From: Podarcis vaucheri
Taxonomy: Eukaryota
Direction: 5' to 3' (one strand)
Length of the DNA: 64,000 nucleotides
NCBI GenBank assembly: GCA_965113315.1
Contig: OZ220375.1
Position 1 is the first letter of the stretch. Every line of letters begins with the position of its first letter. Below, one piece after another: positions 33,671 through 49,366 of the stretch. The notes under the pieces are model-generated. The model did no database searches and was not told where the DNA came from. It saw only the letters and a list, made by a program, of their open reading frames with translations. The position numbers were made by a program, and so were the translations under genes.

Positions 33671-34150
33671 CGCTCAGCATTTGGGAAGCATTGCAGGAAG
33701 CGATGCAATTAATGCATGCATATGTAAATACACGTATGATTTATGTATCTTGTATGCAGGACCCCCCGACTGCACACGAGCCTTTAGAGCAGCCTTTCTC
33801 AACCTGTGGGTCCCCAGATGTTGTTGGACTACAACTCCCATCATCCCTGAGCTCTGCGGGGCGCGAAGGGAGAAGATTGTGGCTTCCCTCTCCTCACCGA
33901 GAACGCCCTGCTTAGACTGAAACCCTTCGCGTACTTTCGCTGGGACGAAGTTACGTCCACGGACTTCAGCGAGGCTCAGCTTCCATGAAAACAGACGCGA
34001 GTAAAGAGCTGCAAGAAGTTAAGCCAGTCCTGTCCAGCGAACCCAGGACCTGGAACCCTGTTTTTTTCTGCGCTCCTCCAAGTCCTTCACCACCCGGGCT
34101 TAGCCCCAGCTCTGCCTTCTCCCACCACACAGTGAACCCAGGAGTGATGG

Positions 34151-34276
34151 TTACAGATAGGTAGCCGTGTTGGTCTGCCATAGTCAAAATAAAAAAATTC
34201 CTTCCAGTAGCACCTTAAAGACCAACTAAGTTAGTTCTTGGTATGAGCTTTCGTTTGCATGCACACTTCTTCAGAT
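34151..34276. mobile_element. Penelope-like retroelement fragment
   Basis: gtagccgtgttggtctg...gcaccttaaagaccaac...gagctttcg...cacttcttcag resembles reptile Penelope ends. 15-bp direct repeat ACCCAGGAGTGATGG at 34136-34150 and 34277-34291. Confidence 0.7.
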
Positions 34277-34580
34277 ACCCAGGAGTGATGGGTTCAGCTT
34301 CCGCCCACTCGATCCCCCAAGCCTCTGCTACCTGGACACTTGCTTCGTGTTATCTAGGTCCTCTCCACAAACACACTCTCCACTTTCTCCAATGGTGTTT
34401 TCTGCCCTGGTGAAATGTCAAGCCCAGTTGCTGAGGAACAGTGATTTTACATAGATGCAACAGGTGAAGCTTTTCCCAGAATGGTGAAGGTGTGATGGGG
34501 AATGATGACATTCCTCAGAGAAAGCCATTCCCGTCACTGCCTCTTTATTCATGGTGCATATGAAGAAGGCCTCTTCATGT

Positions 34581-34670
34581 CGTAGCTGTCAACTTTTCCC
34601 TTTTCTTGCAAGGAATCCTATTCGGAATAAGGGAATTTCCCTTTAAAAAAGGGAAACGTTGACAGCTATG
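34581..34670. mobile_element. 90-bp hAT-type MITE
   Basis: TIR CGTAGCTGTCAAC/GTTGACAGCTATG with perfect 8-bp TSD CTTCATGT. Confidence 0.85.
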
Positions 34671-35196
34671 CTTCATGTGTCCTTAAGAGGTACATCTTCA
34701 CTGTCCTCTTAAATGAGTATAACATTAAGGCAAGATGTAGCTCAGTTGGTAGATCATTCCACAGTTTTGGAGTGGCCACTGAGAAAGGAACATGACACTG
34801 CCAATCTCATCCCCTTCAGGGACAGGGAGCAGATCACGATTGTGACAAAACTGCGAGATCCACAGCTGGGCAGTAAGTTTATTAAAGCTGACCAAAATGT
34901 CATGAAATACTAGCAAGCACTGTTCCTGAGTTCTTCACTAGGCAAACTATTTCATAAAGCAGAGGTGAGATTGGGGTGGTCTAGGAAAAGGAAAAGTACA
35001 GAAATTAAGTTGGATGTTGTAGAAATCAGATTACCGGTTGTTTGTAGACTAAATTTCAAGGTGGAGATTGCACACCAAACTCCAAAATCCACATTTAGCG
35101 ATACTTGAAAGCTTGCTGCTTTTTGCTATATTTTGGTCAATAAAGATTGAGACTAACCAACTTGTCACAAAGTTCTCCAGAACTCTTCATCAGCTA

Positions 35197-35395
35197 CGTA
35201 GAGTGTCGGACTAGGAGATCACAGTTCAAATCCCCACTCTGCCATGAAGCTCACTGGGTGACTTTAGGCCACTACCTCTCAACCTAGCCTACCTCACAGG
35301 GCTGTTGTAGGGATTAACATGGGGGGGAGGAGAGTATCATATATGCCACCCTGAGCTTCTTGAGCAAATAAAAGTGGGATATAGATGCAATAAGT
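35197..35395 (+). mobile_element. tRNA-derived SINE (MIR/CORE-like)
   Basis: B-box-like gttcaaatccc, ctgggtgactt, core ctagcctacctcacagggctgttg and an A-rich tail. Decayed antisense copies near 7740-7830 and 52680-52810. Confidence 0.65.
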
Positions 35396-37205
35396 AAATT
35401 TAAAAAACAACAACAACCCAAAGTACAAAAATTTTATGCTGACCTCATGGCTACATCATCAGCTTAACTTTTGTATTTTGGGGGGTTTTGTCTCATCTTA
35501 CTCACCCCCTGCTTTGTATAACATCTTGCCTGTTTAAGAGTTCTAGAGAACTCAAAATCTTGCCACACTTTGTGACATGTTGGCTGATTCCATCCTTCTT
35601 ATAGATGACCAACATTAAGAAAAAATATGGCAGCAAACAGCTTAGAATCAACAATAAAATTATATTCATAAAATAAGTGCATCACAAATTGGTAGATCAG
35701 GTTAGGAAATCAACAGATCTGGATCACCACTCATGGGAAAGTTGGCTTGTACTAACTGTTCCACTGCAGAAATTTCATGTGAATTCTACACACAAACATC
35801 CCTTCTGATCACCCTGACAAAAATGCACAGATGCAGAGGGAAACACAATGGTGTGAAACAAATACACAGCTACTCTCCCCCAACACACTTCCACACAAAG
35901 ACAAGACAGTAGGTGGATGATAAAGTGGTATGTTTAGGGTGAGGCTTCTCTCTGCCACATGACTTCTCCCACCCACTAGGATAATGACCAGGCATTGGGA
36001 TCCTATTTTTAATCTTAATTACGGGTTTTAGTGTTAAAATCATGCCTGTTCCTGCACATTCTAGGCTCTGTTCTGGCATGTTGCAACATTCTCCCCCACT
36101 CCAGACTCCCCAACATCCTTCCACAGCCATCTTTATGACATGTCTCCTCTTCCCCCGCTGCCTTGCGGGATATCTCTGGGAGAAGAAAAGCCGAAGGAGT
36201 AAACCCTACACAAATCCAGAGTGGAGCCCCTAAGACAATTAGATGGCACCTTGTATGGCTCCTTCCAGCAACTCCTGCAGCCAAGCGTCTTGCCCCGCTT
36301 TCCTTTGGACCACATCAGCGAGGCTGAGATGATCTTGTCATCTGGGCAGCCCAGGAGCTCCATACACGCTGCCCAGCTTGTTCTCCAGGGAGGTCACTTT
36401 TGACCTCACCCCTTCATGTGCACTCCATTGTCTCTTGAGACAGACAGGTGCCAACCATCCAACCTCTTCATCCTCCCTCTCACAAATTTCTCTTTATTGG
36501 GCTGGGCCAGTTTAGAAGCCCCCTTTTATGGGGTAAAGTACTCAACCCACCCAACTACCTAGATGTTGAGAGGTACAACTGTGGCTTGAATTGTTTCTTT
36601 TGTGGGGGGAGAGTGGATGAATTATAGTTATGCTCAAAGTCTAACTGCTGGTCTTGATTTTGGTGACAATTAGCTTGTGACAGTGGAGACACTGGCCCAC
36701 ATTTCATGGTCAGTTAAGAAATATGTTCTTGTATCCAAATCCTTTTAACTGTGTTTGGGGTGTGTGTGTCATTTAAAAACAAAATAATAATTTATTTTTG
36801 TTCTTGTTTTTATTGCGTATTCTATATTTTTATGCTATGAACCACCCCGAGACCTTTGGATGAAGGGCGGTATACAAATTTAATAAATAATAAATAAGTC
36901 ATAGTTCCATCTGGGGTTGGCAACATGAAGCCCACAAAGCCTTTGTGCCTCCTTCTCACCGGCCCCTTTGTACTGGGGTGGTTTCCTTCCCTGCCCCCCC
37001 CCATTTTAAAAGCACATTGAGATGAAGAAGGAAATTGGAAGAGGGATGCTGTTTCCTTGTTCCACCTCCATGTGTTTTTCAGGGACTCATATTGGCAGCT
37101 GAGCAGAAAAATGGAGCATCACAGAAGGCGGGAGAAGAGAGGGGGTGACAGCGGAAGGATAGAAAATGTGAATGGAAACTTAGAAACTTAGTCACTTCAT
37201 TTTCC

Positions 37206-37207
<2 letters not shown>

Positions 37208-37245
<38 letters not shown>
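37208..37245. repeat. (GA)n microsatellite, about 19 units
   Basis: Read directly from the sequence. Confidence 0.95.
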
Positions 37246-37249
<4 letters not shown>

Positions 37250-37662
37250 GGATCCAGCAAAACAATTCCTACTTAAATTGCATTTCTTCCCTCATAGATC
37301 CCTGCCACCCTCCCACAACTCACCATCAAATCAAAGTTCATATCTCTCCTCGTTGACTGAACCATAACCACTATAGATTCACTGCCTTCCAGGACTGCTA
37401 TGGACCTTCATCTTTATTTTTTTTACAAGGGATCCCCCTCAAAAGCACAATCAAATCACAGGTCACCTCTGTATCCACATATGTGTTCTGTTATTTATAG
37501 TCACGTGGAAAAATCATGAGGAATTGTGCCTTGACTGAATGTTTTTGTACTAGCAAGCACTGGATCTGTATTTTATCAATGGATCAGAGGGAAGGAGGTG
37601 CTAGACACAGGTTATGGATATTATTTTGTCCTTTTATATCTTGAAAGATATAACACTTGAAA

Positions 37663-38109
37663 GTAGTGATATATGGAAGTGAGAGCTGGAAGTGAGATCT
37701 GGACCATAAAGAAGGCTGATCGCCGAAGAATTGATGCTTTTGAATTATGGTGCTGGAGGAGACTCTTCAGAGTCCCATGGACTGCAAGAAGATCAAACCT
37801 CTCCATTCTGAAGCAAATCAGCCCTGAGTGCTCACTGGAAGGACAGATCATGAAGCTGAGGCCCCAATACTTTGGCCACCTCATGAGAAGAGAAGACTCC
37901 CTGGAAAAGACCCTGATGTTGGGAAAGATGGAGGGCACAAGGAGAAGGGGACGACAGAGGACGAGATGGTTGGACAGTGTTCTTGAAGCTACCAGCATGA
38001 CTTTGACCAAACTGCGGGAGGCAGTGGAAGACAGGAGTGCCTGGCGTGCTCTGGTCCATGGGGTCACGAAGAGTTGGACACGACTAAACGACTAAACAAC
38101 AACAACAAC
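37663..38109 (+). mobile_element. RTE/BovB LINE, 5'-truncated 3' end
   Basis: ORF WTIKKADRRRIDAFELWCWRR...EKTLMLGKMEG..RRRGRQRTRWLD...HGVTKSWTRLND is the RTE-BovB ORF C-terminus, followed by a (CAA)n tail. Confidence 0.92.
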
Positions 38110-38123
38110 GAAAATATATTGAA

Positions 38124-38300
38124 AGAACATAAGAAGGGCACTGATGGATCATGCCAATGGCCGATCTAGTCTAGCATCCTGTTCTCACAGTGGCCAGCCA
38201 GATGCCTGGGGGAAGCTCACGAGCAGGACCTGAGCGCAAGAGCAACTCTTTCCACCTGCGCTTTCTTTCCTCCAGCAGCTGGTATTCAGAGGCATTAGTG
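38124..38300 (-). mobile_element. CR1 3'UTR fragment
   Basis: aagaacataagaagggc..tggatca..gccaatggcc..tctagtctagcatcctgttctcacagtggcc is the antisense form of the reptile CR1 tail. Confidence 0.65.
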
Positions 38301-39210
38301 CCCCTGACTTCTATAGTGGACCTCAAGGTGGCCTCAGACCTCCTTCAATTCAGGAAGAGACAGGTGGCAAACAGGTCACTATAGAAGGACAGGGAAGGAG
38401 GGAATGCTCAAGGAAATTTGAATGGGTATCACCTACAGCAGAGATGGTGATCTCATGACCCAGAACTCACTGAAAAGCTTTTAATTAAGTGCATAGTAAA
38501 ACATGGGCCCATAATTCCACTCATAAAAAGAGTTGTAGTTGTAAAAATGTAGTCCACACACTTTAATGTTACATCACTCTAGCAATTTCATGGCTCACCA
38601 TGTTCATCAGATGGCTCTGCCCTGGCAGCCTTAGATGCCACCTTATGCCCCTCCCAAGTACCACTAGGTACTTTCCCACCAGCCCCCTGATTTGCCAGGC
38701 ATCACTCCCAGGCTCCTCTTGCTGTCACAGAACCTGAATTTTAGACCAAGCTGCACTAACCATAAGTCACATCTTTCTTTCCTGAAAATCAGGCTCAGTT
38801 TTTTTGGTTATTAATGTGAGATAAAACAGGGTAACAGCAAGGGCGCAGCTGGTGGGGGCAATTGCCCCCCTAAATCAAGTAAATAAATAAAAATCCTTAA
38901 GTAACTGAGGTTCTGTCCCCCCCCATAAAACCTGTCCCCGCTAACATAAATCCTGGCTACACCCATGTGTAACAGCGACTGTGGTGTGGAGAAGGCTCTT
39001 GGCACATGCTTAGAGGTCCTGTCATCCTTGGTACTTAACATGTTCCAAGGCTGGACCATGGCAGCATGGTAGACTGAGCAACCTCTGAGGCTTACACGTG
39101 ATAGAAAAAAATACTGGATTTGTAAGCAAGGCCAATTGTGATTTGCGTGTTTGATTGCTGGTTAGAGGGCCAGAAGAGTTGGGAGGGCCTTGTGGAGACA
39201 ATTCCCTCTA

Positions 39211-39452
39211 CAGTGGTACCTCAGGTTAAGTACTTAATTCGTTCTGGAGGTCCGTACTTAACCTGAAACGGTTCTTAACCTGAAGCACCACTTTAGCTAA
39301 TGGGGCCTCCTGCTGCCGCCACGCCGCCGGAGCACGATTTCTGTTCTCATCCTGAAGCAAAGTTCTTAACCTGAAGCACTATTTCTGGGTTAGCGGAGTC
39401 TTTAACCTGAAGCGTATGTAACCTGAAGCGTATGTAACCTGAGGTACCACTG
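39211..39452 (-). mobile_element. Tc1/mariner-type MITE, family A (opposite orientation)
   Basis: TA-flanked, same TIRs, reverse complement of 31908-32149. Confidence 0.85.
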
Positions 39453-39479
39453 TACTAAGCCTCAACATTTTCTCCCGGA

Positions 39480-40300
39480 GGCTGTTTCACAGGTGCACGT
39501 GCTTCACTTGGTTTCTGGCAAGCTAGGCAGCTCGAACAGATTCCCGTGCAAAGCATTGCGCTTGTTAGGAGACGTCCGCAGCGTGCATCTGTGCTGCTAA
39601 ATCCGTGATGGCTCATTTAGACGTTCAAGCCTGCCCTCCAGGAACGAAGGGATTGCTGTGAATTATTAGATTATTTTTCTGTCTCCAGCCGGCGACGTGC
39701 GCCCCCCTTCCCACTTCAAAGCTGTCTCGCTCCTCCTATTCCCTTTTCCTCGCCACCTCCTCTTGCTGCACTTTACAGACGCTCCCCTGCTCAGCTGCAG
39801 CCCGGAGCTGTGGTTTGGGACGCTCCGGCGTGGATGCGGTTGCAAGAGTAAGGTAAGAACTGCGTGTCCTGGCAGGAGCGGGGGGTTGTGAGAGATAGTC
39901 TCGGTCCCCTGCACACACCTTGATTTGATCCTTGCCCATCGCTACCCCCGCTGCTGGTTCTCGGGAGATCGGACCCCCAGGCATCCCGTGCGTAATGCTC
40001 TCCAAGTCTCGGGGCGCAGCGCCGAGGGCGCACGGCGGTCCTTTGGCGTCTCCAAAGTCTTGGCGCGGGCGTCGCCACCACCGTCATTTGGGGACGGGGA
40101 GGGAGGAATCCTTCATCACAGGGCAGCAGCCGGGGCCATTTTGAAGTGGTGGTGGTGGGCTCTGGTTTTTTTTGCCAAAGGCCCGATTTGATGGGGGATA
40201 GCGGTGGGGCGGAGAGGGAGGGTTACAGACCCCCTCCATCCCAAGCAATTCCTTGACGTCGTCTCGAGCCGGCCTGCTGTAGGGAGTTTGCGTGGGAGAA
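39480..40300 (+). promoter_or_regulatory. CCDC106: CpG-island promoter of CCDC106; candidate exon 1 ends at 39852
   Basis: CpG-enriched. Donor AAG|GTAAGA at 39852/39853. YY1-like GCCATTTTG at ~40135. Confidence 0.6.
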
Positions 40301-41113
40301 GCTTGTATCTGGTTACTAGCGAGATTCTAGTAGGATGCAGGGAAACGGAAGGAGGAGGCGAGAGAGAGAGAGAGGCCTTGCTGTGGCCAGTTGGTTTGGA
40401 GTCGGAGAGAAGGCGAGCAAGTCTGGGCATCATTGAAGGACCCAAGTAATGGCAATGAGGAAACGGGTAGGTGGGCAAAGGTCAATGACTGGCGGGGAAG
40501 GAAGGCAAATGCCCTGCTGATGTTAACTGTGGGGCCTGGATAGGCGGTGATAGTCACCTGTAGGACTCCAAGAGGTGGCTCAGACCAAGATATTTTGCGG
40601 CCGGAGACAGCTGCACCTCAGGATCTCAAGAGGTGTGCCCCCAAATGCATTGCAATGTCCCAGAGGATGCTAGGAGGGACACATCACCCTGGTTGCTTCC
40701 CTGGTACCCCTAAGAATATTGTGACTTCCCTTCTCTCCACTGGTTGAGTTACTTGTCAGTTGGCTTTTGCTTCAAATTTTGGTTTCCAGAAGCTGAGCTT
40801 TTTGGGTTTTAGGTAAGCATGTTAGAGTCTGTGTGACAAGGAGGGAGTGGCCAAGCCAAGAAATCGAGAACTGGAGCCTGCAAGTAGCAACTAGGCTTTA
40901 TCCACCTGGATTGATGACCTACTTTGGCAAACCCCCATGTGCATGTGCGTACACACACACACACAGAGGCTGGGAGCCTCAATGGAGCTCCTCTGGAGGC
41001 TTCACCTGGGGCAAAAAAAAACAAAACACCCAGTTAGCCACCTCTCTGCCCCCCACTGCCCCTGTAGCTATGGATCTGAGCAATGCATTTATTTTATTTA
41101 TTAAAACATATAC

Positions 41114-41264
41114 TGTAACTCAGTTGGTAGAACATGAGACTTTAAATCTCAGGGTTGTGGGTCCAAGCCCCACTTTGGGCAAAAGGATTCCAGCATTGCA
41201 GGGGGTTGGACCAGATGACTCTTGCTGTCCCTGCCAACTCTACAGTTCTATGATTCTATTCTAT
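41114..41264 (+). mobile_element. tRNA-Lys-derived SINE with CR1-type tail
   Basis: Head taactcagttggtagaacatgagactttaaatctcagggttgtgggtccaagccccactttgggc resembles tRNA-Lys(CTT). Tail gggggttggaccagatga...ccaactct...ttctatgattctattctat. Confidence 0.8.
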
Positions 41265-42442
41265 ATTTATGCCACTTCTTTCCATGGAAATACTAAACTC
41301 AAGGCAGCTTGCAACAGATGCATCTTTCTATCTGTCGATAACTGGTTGTATTGCCGGTTGCACATTTTAATCCATTTGGGGGAAAATGCTGTAGCAAATG
41401 CAATACTATATCAACATACAGAAAAGATTGTAACATCCAGTGGGTTTTTTTATTAGTAATTGGTTATTCAACTGCATTAAAAAAAAAAATTGTAAGCTGC
41501 ATCAGTGCAATACATAGAGAATGCATTCTGCAGTGTTGGGAGCCGGTTAAGAGTCTAGCTGCTGAAATATTGAGGGCTGGATCTGATAAGAGATTGGATC
41601 CCATCCCTATATAATGGTCTGTTATTAACAGATGTGCATTGTATTGTTGACTGAGGTTGGATAAGAGAGATGTGTATGTGCATTTGTGCAAGTTAGTGGC
41701 AGAATGGGAACTGAACTGAAAGGAAGCAGGGTTCTATCTCTCCCCCACCCCCCAAACTGCCACCCACATACAATCCATTAACTCTGCAGGCATAGCTAAG
41801 CCACAGGAAAATGTGGTTTCCAGCCCTAAACAATTTTTGTACTTGTGTCCAAGTCTAGTTTGTGTGTGGGTCCCTCTTAAAGAAACATCCCCACCACCCC
41901 TTAAGGGTTGTTGCACATAACACTTCCGGGAGCTTGAGCAGGGACTCCTCTGACACTTTTGGATACTTCAAAGGGAGTCGGGGGGGGGGGAGAGGCAATG
42001 ACCTTCAATGGTTTGCTCTGTTCCAATTCTAGAGAACCGGAGAACGAGTGTGAGCCTGTGCACTCATGACTCAATGACTGAAACATCAAGGAGTAACTTG
42101 CATAAATGAATAGAGCCATCACAGATATAGCACCATCAGAAACTGAATTTTCACTGCAACTCTGGGCGACGGATGCCTGAGTAATCAAGGGATGTGATGT
42201 ACATGCATGTGAAAGCGGAATCCATGAGTTTCACCTGGGTTGAGAGAGAAAAAAAGTTTATCTGAGCAAGAGAGCTGGCCTTACAACCCCTGTGCCTTTA
42301 CAAGACTGCTGGAAGCAACTGATTTGGGGATCACCTCCTATTTCATAGTGGGCATCGCTCCACTGCAGTGCCCCTGCCTGCTTTTATTGCTGTGGGATCT
42401 CCTGGCTTAACCTATTAATTTCCCTGTCTTGCCTCTGTCCAG

Positions 42443-42575
42443 GTGTTTGGAGCCATTTCCTAAGTGGGCAGGTAGCTGTGTGGAAGATCTTGGATCCCTA
42501 AGTCACCCTGGCTCAGGTAGCTATCCTCTTGGAAACAGTGCGAGATAGCGGGTACCTGGGAACTTTTTTGACCTG
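42443..42575 (+). other. CCDC106: Candidate non-coding exon of CCDC106
   Basis: Acceptor cttgcctctgtccag|G and donor CTG|GTGAGT. No ATG inside. Confidence 0.55.
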
Positions 42576-42806
42576 GTGAGTCAGATCTTTATATCCCTGC
42601 AGCCTATAGGCCAACTTTGAAAGGTGGGCAGGGCCACCCATCTGTCAGTCATCTGATGTCATTACCGTGCCAAGTAACCTATCAAAATGGATCGTTGGGG
42701 TGGGGTGGGACGGCTTCTGGAGGGATTTGGTAAGGCAGCACCCAGCAGGATGGGAACCTCCACCTGCCCATCATGACATAGACCCTAGTTTGTTGTCAGG
42801 TATTCA

Positions 42807-42979
42807 CAGTGCTTTTTTCTGGGGGAATGCAGGGGTACACATACCCCTAAACATTTTGTGAATCTTTGTACTTTTGTCCATTCACTGTATTTACAGTATT
42901 TTCCCCGATTTGAACTATAAAATGGTGATTTTCTTGAGTCATAATGAGAGTACCCCTAAACATTTTTTTTAAAGCACTG
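42807..42979. mobile_element. hAT-type MITE
   Basis: TIR CAGTGCTTT/AAAGCACTG with perfect 8-bp TSD GGTATTCA. Confidence 0.85.
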
Positions 42980-43320
42980 GGTATTCAAATATGCAATTCC
43001 CAGCTATTTTTTAGGAAGAGCTACACCTTATCCCCCCCCCCCCCCCGCTGCTAATGTGCATTATTGGTATTATGCATTTATAGAATGGGAGGACATACCT
43101 GAAAGACTGTAATTCAATGTTCTCTGAAAAGAGCAAAAATTTTCAAAAAAGGGGGGCTCCTTGGCTGGGGATTCTTGTCAGGGTACAAGGGAAGGCTGCT
43201 TTGGAGTTCACTCATTAGGAAAATATAGGGGAGACAGAATATCAGGCCGATCTGCCCAGTTAGATCACCTCTCCTGCTCTCTAGGTTAGCAGCATCCGTC
43301 CCACCTGGGGAGGGAGGACA

Positions 43321-47533
<4,213 letters not shown>

Positions 47534-48960
47534 TTCCCCCTCCTGGCTTTGCCTGAACCCACTTTGACAGCCCTCCAGTCTCTATTTCCGTCTACCGTAG
47601 TTATTGAGGAAGCTCCTGCTGTGCTCCCCTGGGGCTCTTCCTTGTCAGCCCCTTTCACCCTTTCCCACAGTTTCTAGTGCTAAAGGCAAGCTCTGCCTTT
47701 GTAAGGCAAGTGGGATGCTTTTATCCTGGCACAATCATCTCTTTGGGAAGCATCATCTGACCAGGCGCTCCCGTTTATATGTCAGCTGGTTAAAGGCTAC
47801 TGAGAGATGAACTGGATTAAATTCACTCCATTTGCTTCCATCTTAAGAACTGGCAAAATGACTGCCCGGTGGGAGTAGTGGGGGAGCAGGTTAGTGGGAC
47901 AGAGTACATCCCATTCATAGGTAAAGTGCTGTGGTGAAGAGGTTGCTTCAGACTGGCTGTGCAGGTACAGTAACACCTATAGGACCGCCAAGGCATTCAT
48001 CAGAGACGGTGTCCGCTGCCTTGCAAATAAGCTACGAGGTGACACATTTTTCTTACACAACACTCCCCTGCATACTGCTTATTTGTGGCGTGTCAGCAGC
48101 CCCAAAGGGCTGAATAAACATTGGCAGAAATTTCCCTGCCTTGTTGCTCGGAGGCCAGTTGTGTTTGCCATAGGTAAGTGTGTGTGTTTGCGAGCTTGTT
48201 TTAACAGCTCCAGAACTTGGGGCAGGGATGCTCAAGATGGCTTGGCCTTCCCCTGAAGGCAATGCCTGTCTCCTTAAGAAGTTAGCGTAGGCAATGGATT
48301 TACCCACCTCACGTGCCATCTCACTGCTCCCCTCCCCTTTCCAGCCTGCTGTGAAGCAAGACTAGAACTGGAGGGCGATTGCTGAACAGGCTGCAGTGGT
48401 CTTGCCTCTTGGCCACTTTCTTTCTTCTTTCTTTTACATCCAATGCTACTGGCACCTTCTTAAGCTTTTCTCTTCCTGTTGCCTTTTTGCTATAACAGTC
48501 CTTAGCCTGGAGGAATGAACTGCAGCATTTGGCTGCCTCTAAATAATTCCCTATAGTCTCCCAAAGAAATTCCCACATCCCAAGGCTTCCTTGCATCTCT
48601 TTAACGCCATGGACACCACCTGCCCTCTTTCATGTTTTCCTGTTCCAGGTTCTGAAGCTGGGCTGTGTTTGGTGGCAAGCCATTTGCACTTCCTTTTTGC
48701 TTCCTGAGACAGAGACTGTGTGTACACTCCAACACCTCTGTGGCTTCAAGCCGCCACCTTATGTGTGAGCAAGGGTTTTGTTTGTTCTCTGCTCCTTTGG
48801 GATGTCTCCCCTTTATTCAGTGTAATGAATGGACTGTTTCCACTGTGCCTGTAATTTATCACCCAGCTTTTTCCTCTGTGTTAAAAAAATAATAATTTAA
48901 AAGGAAAATGTAAAAAAAAAAAAAAGAATTTACTAAGAGGATTTAAATTAAAACGTTTTG

Positions 48961-48966
48961 AATAAA
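48961..48966 (+). terminator. CCDC106: Poly(A) signal AATAAA of CCDC106
   Basis: AATAAA with an ATTAAA just upstream, followed by GT/T-rich tgtgtggttttaatttt. Confidence 0.65.
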
Positions 48967-49305
48967 ACTCAGCAATGTGTGGTTTTAATTTTTCATGTTT
49001 GTATAATTGCTGCAAAAATGTGTGAATTTGTGGCTAGTTAGGATATTCCTGGCTTGGAACTAGGGGATGAAGAGCTGGATGTTGGCAACCGATTCAAATC
49101 CTCAGCTGTATATTATCTGGGAGTCAGAGTTAAGTTGGGTGTTACTCAGTTTGTTACCGATTTGTAAAATTAATGGCATGCCCTCAGTTTTGGTGTGAGG
49201 ATGAGAGAATTGTTGTGAAATGTACACTAAATGGCACAGTAGAATTTGGCATAGAAACATCTGTCCCAAGGTGTGGCCTAAAAAATGCAGGAAGGCACTA
49301 CTTTA

Positions 49306-49366
49306 CTGAAGCTAAGCAGGTCTGGGTCTGGTCTGTGCCTGGATGGCTGGTTGGCTGCCTGAGACC
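49306..49366 (+). mobile_element. 5S rRNA-derived fragment (5S-headed SINE or pseudogene)
   Basis: gaagctaagcagg..tgggtctggt..gtgcctggatgg...gagacc resembles the 5S internal control region. Partial and diverged. Confidence 0.5.

Noticed and set aside
41114-41180. tRNA-Lys gene
   Set aside because: Mutated stems, anticodon loop and B-box, fused to a CR1-type tail. It is a SINE head.
49306-49366. 5S rRNA gene
   Set aside because: Only a short diverged internal piece with an insertion.
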